A stretch of DNA of 64,000 nt from the human T2T-CHM13v2.0 reference genome, Homo sapiens: the NCBI RefSeq assembly GCF_009914755.1, contig NC_060937.1; one strand, given 5' to 3'. Shown piece after piece: positions 1-13,050 of the stretch. Below the pieces are notes generated by a model. The model was not told the DNA's origin, did no database searches, and was given only the letters and a program-made list of their open reading frames with translations. Made by a program: the position numbers and the translations under genes. How positions within the stretch are numbered: position 1 is the first letter of the stretch; the number at the start of each line of letters is the position of its first letter.

Positions 1-127
1 TATCTACCAGAACAGTTACATTTAGTGTAGCATTTATAGAACAGATAGAGCAGTAGTACCAATACATGTATGCCTAACATTTGGAACCCAGTATGGAGAA
101 AGGATAGATTTAAATAAACAATTAAAA

Positions 128-445
<318 letters not shown>

Positions 446-450
446 TCATA

Positions 451-453
<3 letters not shown>

Positions 454-484
<31 letters not shown>

Positions 485-736
485 GACAGGGGTTTGCTGT
501 GTTGCCCAGGCTTTAGTACAGTAGTACAATCCTGGCTCACTGCAACCTCAAACACCTGAGCTCAAGCAATCCTCCGACCTCAGCCTCTAGAGTTTCTGGG
601 ACTGCAGATGTGCACCACCATGCCTGGCTAATTTAAAAAAATTTTTTTGTAGAGACAGGGTCTCACTATGTTGCCCAGGCTGGGGTCTGAAATTCCTGGC
701 CTCAAGTGATCCTCCTGCCTCAGCCTCTCAAAGTGC
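454..736 (-). mobile_element. Alu (AluJ-like)
   Basis: poly-T followed by diverged reverse-complement Alu body. Confidence 0.9.
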
Positions 737-906
737 ATTTGGATATTCTTATACTAATATGATTATTCTTACCCCCTCCTTCATCTACACCTATTTTTGC
801 CTTATAATAAGGTTTTATAGATTTATTTAGCACAAGAATGAGCTGATGGTTAACTAGATAAAGTTATTCAACAAACCATTTTCCCTAGGTATTTCATCCT
901 GAGGAG

Positions 907-975
907 GCTTTAACTCCATCTTCCAGTACGCTTTAACTCCATCTTCCAATATGCTTTAACTCCATCTTCCAATAC
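907..975. repeat. 23-bp tandem repeat x3 (GCTTTAACTCCATCTTCCARTAY)
   Basis: three adjacent near-identical units at 907, 930 and 953. Confidence 0.95.
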
Positions 976-1972
976 ACTTGATCGTCAATATCAGATCATG
1001 AAACTTATTTACATGAGGTAGTTTAGTCTTACCAACAATGCCAGTATTACATCTTTTTGTGTTGTGACCATGGTATAATTCAATTTCATAAAAAAGCAAG
1101 AATTTCAAAGGTATTTGCTCTTCCTTTCCCACAGAATCTACTCTTGCTCACACAAGGGCAAATGTCAGTACAATTAGACAGGACAGTTATTTCTGTAAAT
1201 TAATTGGGAACAAAGCCAGTCAGCCCATCTTATCTCTCAGGTTTGTACTGAGGCTGAGTTCCATTGTGTGTTATTACACAGCAGGGCCCACCTCACACCT
1301 ATGGGGAGGACACAGTAATATTTACAAGACCTCCTATCCTTATTAACTGTCTCGTGGGATATATTTTAATATCAACCAGTTACAGATGTGAGAACAGTCC
1401 TATTTGTGTAAATTACAAGTGTCCCCAGAGAACTTCCACATGTTTGGGGAGCCATAAGACTCACACAGGTGTGCCCCTGGAACCTCAGCAGCTAGAATAG
1501 AAGGCCATCGCCTCATGCCCACTTCAGTTTTCATTTGAATTAGTCATGAGGCTACGTTGGGTTCCAGCACAGACCCATTTCCAACATTGGATTTTAGCAG
1601 TGTCCAGTGTTATTTATTGAGTCTGCCTAACCCACTTTGCTAATGCCTCATTATCTTCCCAGGCTGATCCCCTTTGCCTTCTTCCCAAAAGAGCATTCCT
1701 TCTCTTCTAGTTAATACATCTTTTTCCTTTGAATGCTACTCCTCATTAAAGAGCAAACACAACTCATCTTAGTATACCTAGCTTGGCATCTATCTACCCT
1801 GTAGCCCGTTTCTGTCTTGTGGGCCAGTGTTGTTTAAGCCACCATTAAACTATTAGTTACTATTGTGCACTAATAACACCAGTGCACTTAGAATACGTTT
1901 TGCATCCAGAAATGTTGGATCCCTCATACTAGGCTTAGATGAGCAATCACACGCAGATGTAATTTAGTTTGA

Positions 1973-2578
<606 letters not shown>

Positions 2579-3295
2579 TAATAACCAGGGCATTTCTAAG
2601 CATTGGATCATCAAGGTTTATAGTTACACAGTGATTACTGTGTTTGGAGCTGCATATTACATGGTTTGAAGTCCTAGCAGAAAGCAGTTCTCAGAAATTT
2701 CTTCCCAAATGATATCTTTTGTAGTAGATGTCATATTTTCTTTCATCCACAGGCCTTAATGCAGCAGCTGTCCAAACAGGATGCCATCCATTCATCTTGG
2801 ATCTGCCATACTTAAACTAAGTGGCTCTTTGTTGAATTGACAGCTGTGCATAGGGCACTGTCTATGTGGCAATAGATTCTGGCCGCTTCTCAGGTGGTTC
2901 CAAAGTCAGTCCTGAGCTGAATCCAGCAGCACACCAGCCACCATAGGACACTGTGGGTAAAGGGGAGACCTGGGCATGGTGGTTCCTATCCTGGTTGTGG
3001 TGTTGGTCACGTTGTGCATCGCTGAGCCTCAGACCCACCTCATTCTGACAAAGGGCAGCAAGTCTGGTGATAAAGATGATGCAGAGCTAAAACAAAGAGT
3101 TTTTCTAAAATGTTGACATATCCATCAAATATATGCTGAGGGCAGAGACAAGCAGATTCTACTACATCACTGATTTTAAATATATATATATATATAAAAG
3201 AATTGAAATTTTTTCATTTGTTCAGAGGGTTTCCAATGAGGAATTAATGCTTTTGTAAAGATTTCCTCTTTCTGCATGTTGAAATTGCTAATTTA

Positions 3296-3597
3296 GGCTG
3301 GGTACAGTGGCTCATGCCTGTAATCCCAGTACTCTGGGAGGACTAGGTGGGAGGATCACTTGAGCTCAGGAGTTGGAAACCAACCTGAGCAACGTAGTGA
3401 GACTCCATCTCCACAAAAACTAAAAATAAAAAATTAGCCAGGAATGTTGGTACAATGCCTGCAGTTCCAGCTACCTGATAGGCTGAGGTGGGAGGATCAC
3501 TTGAGCCCAGGAAGTCAAGGATGGAGTGATCTGTGATCATGCCACTGAACTCTAGCCTAGGTGACAGAGCAAGACCTTGTCTCAAAAAAGGAAAAAG
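3296..3597 (+). mobile_element. AluJ-like
   Basis: GGAGGATCACTTGAG in both arms, A-rich tail. Confidence 0.92.
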
Positions 3598-3650
3598 AAA
3601 TTTCTTATTTAATAATACTTTTTAATGGATACACTTTAAGATTAATTCAA

Positions 3651-3995
<345 letters not shown>

Positions 3996-4074
3996 TTAGG
4001 CTGAGTTATTTGCTCCCTCTAAATGTTTCTTTTCTTCTGCTGATTTTTTTTTCTCCCATTATGTGACTTTATTC

Positions 4075-4300
4075 AAGCACTCATTCATTCATTTAGTAAA
4101 TACTGAAAATCTGCTAAGTGTTGGTTAAATGTATTAGATGCATATTTATAATTATTTGTTTTCATATCTATTTCTTCCATTAGACTATGCAATTCAAACT
4201 CCAAGAACAGGACTTGTGCTATCCTCTCTTGCGTTTACATTGCCTATAGCATTGCCTAGCATGTAGTAAATGCATAATGAATGACTGTTAAATGAATGAC
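4075..4300. mobile_element. L2 3' fragments
   Basis: TCATTCATTC / AATGAATGA L2 tail motifs. Confidence 0.5.
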
Positions 4301-4534
4301 AGATTGACAATATATTGGAAAGCTAAACACCTAGTTTCTGAATAAAACAATCACCATTTATAGAAACTTTTTGAATACACCAAATCTTTTGATAGCAGAA
4401 ATAGCTCTATATCTATATTCATTTAATGGAATCGGATGTCACAAAAATACGAATTCTGCTCTGTTCATATAGGTGGATACGTAATTAAAAAAAAGGAAAC
4501 AAACCTGAAAATGTTGTGCCTCTGTACCAAAAGC

Positions 4535-4760
4535 AATAATATTAAAATATATTGAGCCTTTACTATGTGCTAGAGGTATTGGAACTCTTTAAATGCATTA
4601 ACTGAGTTAATCCTCATAACAACCCTTCTATTTAAGACGTAAAAAATTGAGGTGCAGAAAGTTTAAATAACTTGCTGAATGTCCCACTTACTAAGTGAAG
4701 GATCCCAGATTTAAGGCCAGGCAGTGTATCTCCTGTTTGCATTCTTAACTACTATGCTGT
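4535..4760 (-). mobile_element. MIR
   Basis: TTACTATGTGC..AATCCTCATAACAACCC..TGAGG core. Confidence 0.7.
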
Positions 4761-5206
4761 ACTATAAAGTATTAGACTAATAAAGTATGTTCAATTTTTT
4801 CACATGCTTAGGAACTCAGCTCCAATGCCTGTCCTTATTGTAGCACCCGAAGTCTTAGCTTAGCACTAAGCCTTGGGGTGTGCTAAGCTAAGCCCTGTGA
4901 TGCTTGGCTCACAGACCAAGAGTGTGCCAAAGACATCAGGCATGCTGTAGACATCTCTCTCCTGTTTATTTTGTATCCCTATTTCTAGTCCTGCGCATTG
5001 ATATGGTCTCCTGTGCCTAAAGAAAATACTTGAAGATTTAATATAAGTTATCCTGATTTGGTTAATATAAAAAGCTCTATAGAAATCATACCTCAAGCCT
5101 AGGGGAAAAAAGGAATTGCATTAATGAGCCTTGAGCCCAACAATGGCCTCAAGATAACTCATCCCACGTGAATGGGTAGGAGATCCAGTGGTGTTTACCA
5201 TGAGAA

Positions 5207-5500
5207 CTGTGGTTAGTTTGCTAGGGCTGTCATGGCAAAATACCACAGATTGGGTGACTTAAATAACAGAAATTTATTTCTTACAATTGTGGAGCCTGGA
5301 AGTCCAAGATCAAGGTGGTTTTTTTTCTAAGGTCCCTCTCCTGATGGCCTCATTTTAACTTAATTACCCCTTTGAAGACCATATCACCAAATGCAGTCAT
5401 ATTCTGAAGTCTTTTTTATGTAACATAAAGTATAAAACTCCAACATACTGTGTACTGACGTACAAGAGGTTAGGGCTTCAACATGTGGATTTTGGGGAAT
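5207..5500 (-). mobile_element. MLT1-type MaLR LTR, internally deleted
   Basis: AAATACCACAGATTGGGTGACTTAAATAACAGAAATTTATT..GGAAGTCCAAGATCAAGG. Confidence 0.8.
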
Positions 5501-5594
5501 AGGATTCTTTCTCTAAGGGACTAATTTTTCTTTGTTCCTCACTTAGAACACCCAAGCAGTAATAGACTTGGACCGCGGGATTTTCTTTTGAAAG

Positions 5595-5775
5595 GCAGGA
5601 TGGAGCACAAACTCTGAAGTTAGACTGCTACCGGTGTAAATCCCGACTTGATCACTTACTCCATTTTTTGCTTTGTGCTCTCTGGCACTCAGTTTCCCCA
5701 TTTGTAAAATCTGTGTAATATCTTCGAGAAAATGAGATAATCTGTGTAAAATTTGGTGACATAATCTGTGTAAAA
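5595..5775 (+). mobile_element. MIR
   Basis: CTCAGTTTCCCCATTTGTAAAAT core. Confidence 0.65.
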
Positions 5776-7111
5776 TGACTGTGGCAACAATGAAGGCAGT
5801 AAGGTTAGTTCCATTTCTCTCTGTTCAAGGAGTAGGTAAAGGTTTCTGTTAGAATCTTCGGAAGACGTCCTTTGCTTGCTCCTCTAGTGAGAATTCAGTA
5901 TTTTCCCAAGGGAAAGAAAACTCCGAGTATACTTGAGAGTAGTTGAAATACAACTTTTAGGTATACCATGGATTACTTAGGCTTTTGTGGGTTGGACTGG
6001 GGACTAATAATTACGTAGAGCCCTTTATATGGGGAAATGATACTCAGTTTGGGAATAAGAAATAAGGTGTCAGGAGCTAAAGAAGGGGACAAAAAGATGT
6101 GTTGGATGGGAAATCAAGGACCCAACTACATGGTTGCTGAATAAACTAATAAAGAAAAGCTATCACTAAGATGAAGCAAACATAGAGGTGTTTCAGGGGC
6201 AGCTATAGCTCAGTGGTTTTCAAAGGAAACCACATTTGGGGCCACAAGACATCTCTCAGCTTGAACCTATTGGTGGAGCTCAGGCTTATGATATATTGTT
6301 AAGATGAACTGAGCAATACTCACTTGCAATTAGAATCCTATACAATTTGTTAGAGTAAGACCAGGAAGAGTAAGACTGGATAGTGGTCTGCCATTTGAGG
6401 GCACCTAATAAGCATTTTCTGTGCATAATTACTGCTCACACACTTTGCCCTTTTATCTCATCATAGAAATAGACTGAATAAGGTATAATTTATAGTTTAT
6501 CACCATATTTCTTTGGCTTTCAGATCACTTCTAGAAAACATTTCTGATTATATGTATTTGTATGTGTGCATATGTATTATGATAACTATCATAATGGTTT
6601 ACAGTGGAGCTGCATGAAAAAAAAATAAAGGAATAAAGTTAAGTAGAAAATGCCAACATACTGCATACTGGTAATTTTCCACTACTTAAGAGAAAATGTC
6701 ACTTTTCTCCCAAACAATCCAATTCTTACTCTTATCACCAATGTACATAACATGATTGCTATTGCATATCTGCTATGTAAACATTGCTTTAATATTTTTC
6801 ATTACTTTTGTCCAAATGACCCTGAGTAAATGTAATATCTGGCACAAGGTGCTGGAGTTGTGGCACTGTTTGAAAGCCAGTGGCTTTGTTGTATAACTTG
6901 AAACCCTCAGAACTTTGGCACAGCTAGAGGTTTTTTTAATTTTTTATTGGAAATTTCATTTTTATTATCCATGAAGCTCTATTGTCTAGTAATCAAACAC
7001 TAAAGGCTAAATGAAACCAAATAATTGATATAATTTTAACTCTCTAATGGGGTAATAATTTTAAAGATGCTATACACATGAATTGCACCCAGTAGTTGGC
7101 AAAGTGTTACC

Positions 7112-7115
<4 letters not shown>

Positions 7116-7146
<31 letters not shown>
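7116..7146. repeat. (AC)n microsatellite
   Basis: uninterrupted AC run. Confidence 0.97.
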
Positions 7147-7147
<1 letters not shown>

Positions 7148-8019
7148 CCCTTTTCAGTAGAAATAAAATTCATTTTTACAAGAAGCTTACTTTCTAAAAA
7201 AGAAGGAATGTAATCTCCTCATTATCTTTCTGTGAATGCCTTCATATTGACTAATGTTAACATTTGCAGAGAATTTTTTAAATCTCTAAATCACAGTTGT
7301 ATTATTGTTCAATGCAGACAATCTATCTGCTCTCTTCCTACTGAATCAGGCATCTTTCAAGAATGTTTAGATTTCTATGTTATACTGCTTAGAACCAAAG
7401 TACACAATATTTTTTTCATTATAGTGAGAAATTAAGTAGCAACTGTTCTGACACAATATTTAACAATCCATTTAAAAATAACTTTTATTTACTCTCCATG
7501 TCAAAAATGAAATGAGTGTATACATGTTGAATGACCCTTTCTATGCTTACAAAGTATTTTATTATAATTTTTTTCTGAATAATTTTTAAAGTAAAAACTT
7601 AATAGATGGTTAAAAGAAACCTCTCAAATGTTAATCCATAATGCTCACAATAAAATCATTAATTCTCTTAAAAATAAAAAAAATACGCTAACATTATAAA
7701 CAAGGTGGATATGAATTTTCGTCATTGAAAAGCTAAAGCTGAATTAACAACACATTGGAAATAATTGACATTTATTTTTTATCATCATCATTATCATCAT
7801 CACCACAGCCACAATCACTGCAGAATTTATTATTCTGGATTTTGTCAAAAGCAGCTGTACAACAGAAGCTTTTTCCCTATAAAAGTATTCTGAAATCCTC
7901 ATAAAATCCAAAGTAGTTCAGTTTTTTTCCTCATGGAGGAAAATCTGTTTATCAAAAATTTAATTAGATAAACTGAGGAAGAATTTGAATGAAAAACAAT
8001 GAATAAGCTATTGTTGTAG

Positions 8020-8285
8020 AGCTAGACTATGATGTGAATGCAGAGTTCTAGTTCCTGGCTTCTAGATTTGACTTTGCCACTTGAAAGTTGTTTGATCTTA
8101 GGTAAATCATTTAACCCTCCCACTATCATTGCCTAGGGTCTTGGTTTCCACATCTGTAAAATGGAGCCTCAATACCTTATCCTGCTTACTGCACACTTAC
8201 TACACTTTTAAGATCAAATGAGATCATGCAAGTGAAATGCTGTCGGTATTTCCAAGTGTTATGCAAATGTAGTGGTCGTTATTAT
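8020..8285 (+). mobile_element. MIR
   Basis: GGTTTCCACATCTGTAAAATGG core, AAATGAGAT downstream. Confidence 0.7.
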
Positions 8286-8666
8286 TTTTTGAGTAAAGGA
8301 GGAAAGCTTGGTGGATGGACTTGCTCAGAAAACCTGAGTCCAAGTTTCTGTTCTTTCACTTACTAGCTAGGTGGACTTGAGAATATTGGTGGAGCTTTTT
8401 CTAAACTGCTAAAAAGGACATAAAAATGCCAACTGCACATATAGAATATATAAAATCTTTATGAAATTCAAAGTAGTCCAGTTTTCTTCCTGGATAGAGG
8501 CAAAATTGTCTGTCATAATTTTATTGAAATGAGGTTTTTCTATAAAGCAAAAAAAGAATTCGAGTAAGAGGTAATAATGCACAAGCTAAAGAATGTGTTT
8601 TCAAACCTGTTAAACTCATTGCAATACTTAAATCCACCTGCTGACGGCCCCTGAATTTTTTTATAG

Positions 8667-8780
8667 GATGAACTAGTGGAACGATCAGGCTTAAAACAGC
8701 AGCTGGATAACCTGTTACCTGAGAGTCAGCAAATATCCATGGTCCTCATCAAGCAGTGCCACAGAGAGAGCCCAGTAGAG
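8667..8780 (+). other. candidate internal exon (114 nt, open in frame 0)
   Basis: CTGAC branch-like motif at 8641, T-tract and TAG acceptor at 8666, GAG|GTTAAC donor; translates DELVERSGLKQQLDNLLPESQQISMVLIKQCHRESPVE; product not recognised. Confidence 0.3.
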
Positions 8781-9989
8781 GTTAACTGGAAGGTCACCAA
8801 CTAACTCCCGCGTGTTGCTACTTGAACCCTTTGTTGAAAGTCAGGCAGAGCGGTCTAGGATTTCTTTGAATGAAATAATCAAATCTAGCCCATTAAGAGA
8901 TGACTTAGAAAACAATGAACATGTACGTGAAAATCTTGAACTTTTTTTTTACCTAAAGCAGACTTTAAGAAATCAAATAGAAATGACTTCTGTGAAATAG
9001 AATAGGCAGTTGTTAATATAACCATATAGCAGCCTCAACATAGCAGCTTCTAACTCTAATGATTAGTAAGTTCTTGCTAATATCTCTCATATAGATTTTT
9101 ATATTAGTAAGTCATTGCTAATGCTGCTTTTTATATGGCACAATTCAAAAGGACTGTGTGCCAGAAATATTTAATAAGCCCCATTCATTTGCATGGCTTT
9201 AAGCAGAGTTATGAAACCTCCACTATTTTCCTGGTTGTTCAATTTTCCTCAGAAAGTGGCTCTCATTGCTCTCCAGTTCTGTAATCTTTCTACCTCAGCT
9301 CTTTAAATTAACTTTGTGCCAGCAACCAGTCTATTTGGCTTTTGGGATGTTTTAATAAATGTTGTGCAGTTTAGCAATAGAAAGCAGGCAAAGAGTCAGA
9401 AGACCTTCCACCAGATAGCCTTTTATGGTTATGAAAATACTACAGCTTTCCACACTCTTGCCTATTTTCTCTCTCTGTTCTATTTCTGATAAAAATTACT
9501 AAAGTGAGGGAAGAATTGCAAAGGACCCAAAAGATTCAAAAGAAGCCCTGTCCCTGAAGGTCAGTGCAACAGAGAAGGAGAGATGTCTGGGTTGGTAGTC
9601 ATAGAAAACTTCTCTACTTGCTTTTCATAATTAAGTCAATGCAGTGTGCTTGGTACACTTGCAAGGTGTCCATGGAAGGAGCATCCATCGGAGGCTCTGA
9701 ATAACTTGTTCTGACAGATTAAAAAAAAAAGGTAACATGATCACAGATCAACAGTTGTAGTGGCCAGAGAATAACAAATACTTTTCATTTTTGAGTGTAT
9801 TGAGCCCTCCCAAGAAGAGAGGGTAGAACAAACAATCAATGCCAGTGCCACATAGCATTGATACTTCTGACCAGAAAAGATATTTCCCAATCAGTCACTG
9901 GTTGAGAAAATTTTGTTCAGTAATTAATGTTGCAAAACAACCATTGCCCCATCTTATGATAATAGCACTTTAACTTTGAGGGAACTTTT

Positions 9990-10455
9990 TTCTATCACCT
10001 GAGTCAGTTCATATGGATTGAGTGGGTTGATGCTTCTTTGGAATGTGGGGGTATATTTAACTGAATCCTAGCAAACCAGGGCTTTTTATTCCCCTGGCTA
10101 AGGAATTTGTATTCCCTTGGCTAAGGAATTTGTATTCCCCTGGCTAAGAAATATGCATACAAAGTAAGCCAGACTAATGAGACCAATTCCAGGATATTCT
10201 CTAGAACCACTGGAAAAGAGAAGCTCTTTTTGCTGGAGTTGCTAAGCTGGTAGAATGTAAACCAAGCACTGCTGGAATTCATCATATAGAGAGAAACTGT
10301 ATAAGACTGAAGTTATCTCAGAGGAAAACAAAGCAAGAGATAGAAACAGTAACTTGAATCCTGAGCACCTGGATTCAGAAGTGCCTGAAGTGTAATTGAT
10401 CTAGATTTTGCAATTATGTGAGAGAATAAATTCTCTTCCATTTTTTGCTTGTCAG
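9990..10455 (+). mobile_element. old MaLR LTR (MLT1J/K/L-like)
   Basis: TGAGCACCTGGATTCAGAAGTGCCTGAAG..AATAAATTCTC; contains a 23-bp tandem triplication at 10087-10152. Confidence 0.6.
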
Positions 10456-11292
10456 TTTTTCAGACAGCTTTAGTGTATGATTTACATTTAAGAAACAGTC
10501 CAACTGATTTTCAAAGTGATGTATAATTTTATATTCCCACTAGCCTTGTATGAGAGTTTCAATTGTTCCACATCCTTGTCAACACTTAGTATTGTCTGCC
10601 TACTTAATTTTAGTCAATTGAATAGGTGTATGGTGGTGTCTCTTTGTGGTTTGAATTTTCATTTCTCTAATGACTATTGGATGTCTTTTCATGTGCTTAT
10701 TGGTCATGTGTATATCTTTGTGGGTGAGGAGTGTGTTCAAATCTTTTGTTCATTTCTTTATCGGATTGCTTTCTTATTATTGAGTTTTAAGAGTTTTTTT
10801 TTGTATTCTAGATACAAGTTCTTTAATAGAAATATACCTTGCCAATATTTTCCTGTAGCCTGTGAATTATTTATTCTTTTAACAGCATCTTTTAAAAAGT
10901 AGATTTTGATTTTGATGAAGTTCATCAATTTTTTCCTTAATAAATTATGCTTTTGGTGTCATAGCTAAACCTTTGCCTAATCCAGGGTCACAAAGATTTT
11001 TATTATATATTTTTATAGAAGTTTCATAGTTGTAGATTTCATATTTAGGTAAATTATCCACTTTGAGTTAATTTCATATTGCAAGTGAAATTCATATTTT
11101 TGCATATGAATATCCAATTCTAGCATTATTTATTATAAAGACTATCCTTTTTACATTAAATTGTCTTTGCACTTCTGATTGTCAAAAATCAGTTGTCAAT
11201 ATAAGGGTGGATCTATTTCTGAATTTCCTATTCTGTTCTTTTAATATACTTGTTTATCTTTACACTAACACATTAGCAGCTTCATATTGTAG

Positions 11293-11587
<295 letters not shown>

Positions 11588-11785
11588 ATATTATAGCTTT
11601 TTAATAAATCTTGAAATCTGATAGTATTAGCCATCGAACTCTATTTTTCTTTTACAAATTTGTTTTGGCTATAAAATGTCCTTTTAATTTTCATATAAAT
11701 TTTATAATCAATGTGTCAATTTCTTCAAAAAAAAGCCTTCTGAAATCTTGAGAAGATTTATGTATAACCTATTGATCAATTTGGA

Positions 11786-11875
11786 AAAAATGAACATCTT
11801 AATACTGAGTCTCTGACTAATGAAGAGATATATCTCTTCATTAGTCAGAGACTCAGTATTAAGATGTTCATTTTT
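11786..11875. repeat. perfect 90-bp palindrome (45-bp arms, no spacer)
   Basis: 11786-11830 is the exact reverse complement of 11831-11875. Confidence 0.97.
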
Positions 11876-12054
11876 GAAGAGAAGTTCAATAATGAAGAGA
11901 TATATCTCTTCATTTCTTTAGGTCATTACTTTCTTTCATCAGTCTTTTAGAATTTTCAGCGTATGGGTCTTACAAATTGTTGGATCAGATTTATGCTTAA
12001 GTACTTTGTATTTTTTATGCTATTTCAAATGATACTGTTTAAAGTTTAAATTTA

Positions 12055-12367
<313 letters not shown>

Positions 12368-12554
12368 TTTAAATTTCTAATTGTTTAAGCAATGATATAA
12401 ACATATAGTTGATCTTTATTTATTGATCTTGTATCATGCAACTGTGCTAAAGAAATTTATTAGTTTGAATACCTTTTTGTATATTTCATCTTATTTTTAT
12501 CATGGATAATCAAGTCACTTGTGAATAAAGATACTTCCCCTTCTTTTTACCCAG

Positions 12555-12682
12555 CTCCTTCCTTCCTTCCTTCCTTCCTTCTTCCCTCACTCCCTTCCCT
12601 TCCTCTCCCTCTTTCCTTCTTTCTCTCTTTCTTTCCTTCCCCTTCCCCTTCTCCTTCCTTCCTTCCTTCCTTCCTTCCTTTT
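12555..12682. repeat. (CCTT)n-type low-complexity tract
   Basis: CCTT/CCTTCC runs. Confidence 0.9.
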
Positions 12683-13050
12683 GGCACTGGCCAGAGCCCT
12701 CAGAAAATGTTGAATAAAAATGATGAGAATAAAAATCCTTGCTTTGTTTCTCATCTTAGGTTGAAAATATGCATTTTTTAACTCAATTATAATGTTGTCT
12801 ATATTTTTGGTAGATGGTTTTTATCATGCTGAGGAAGTAATCTTCTATTCCTAGTTTGCTGAGATTTTCTTAAAAATCAAATGGATATTGATATTGTCAC
12901 TTTTTTGTGCATCTATTGAGGCAATCATGGTTTTTTTTGTTATTGTTGTTAATGTAGTGAATTCTGTTGGTTTGTATTTGAATATTAAAACAAATTTGCA
13001 TGTCTAGGATAAACATTACTTAGGCATGATGTATTATTCTCTTAATATAC

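Noticed and set aside
907-975. Short direct repeats as a CRISPR-like array (also 10087-10152)
   Set aside because: Head-to-tail units with no unique spacers, in a eukaryotic context.
3179-3196. (TA)n palindrome
   Set aside because: Ordinary short microsatellite.
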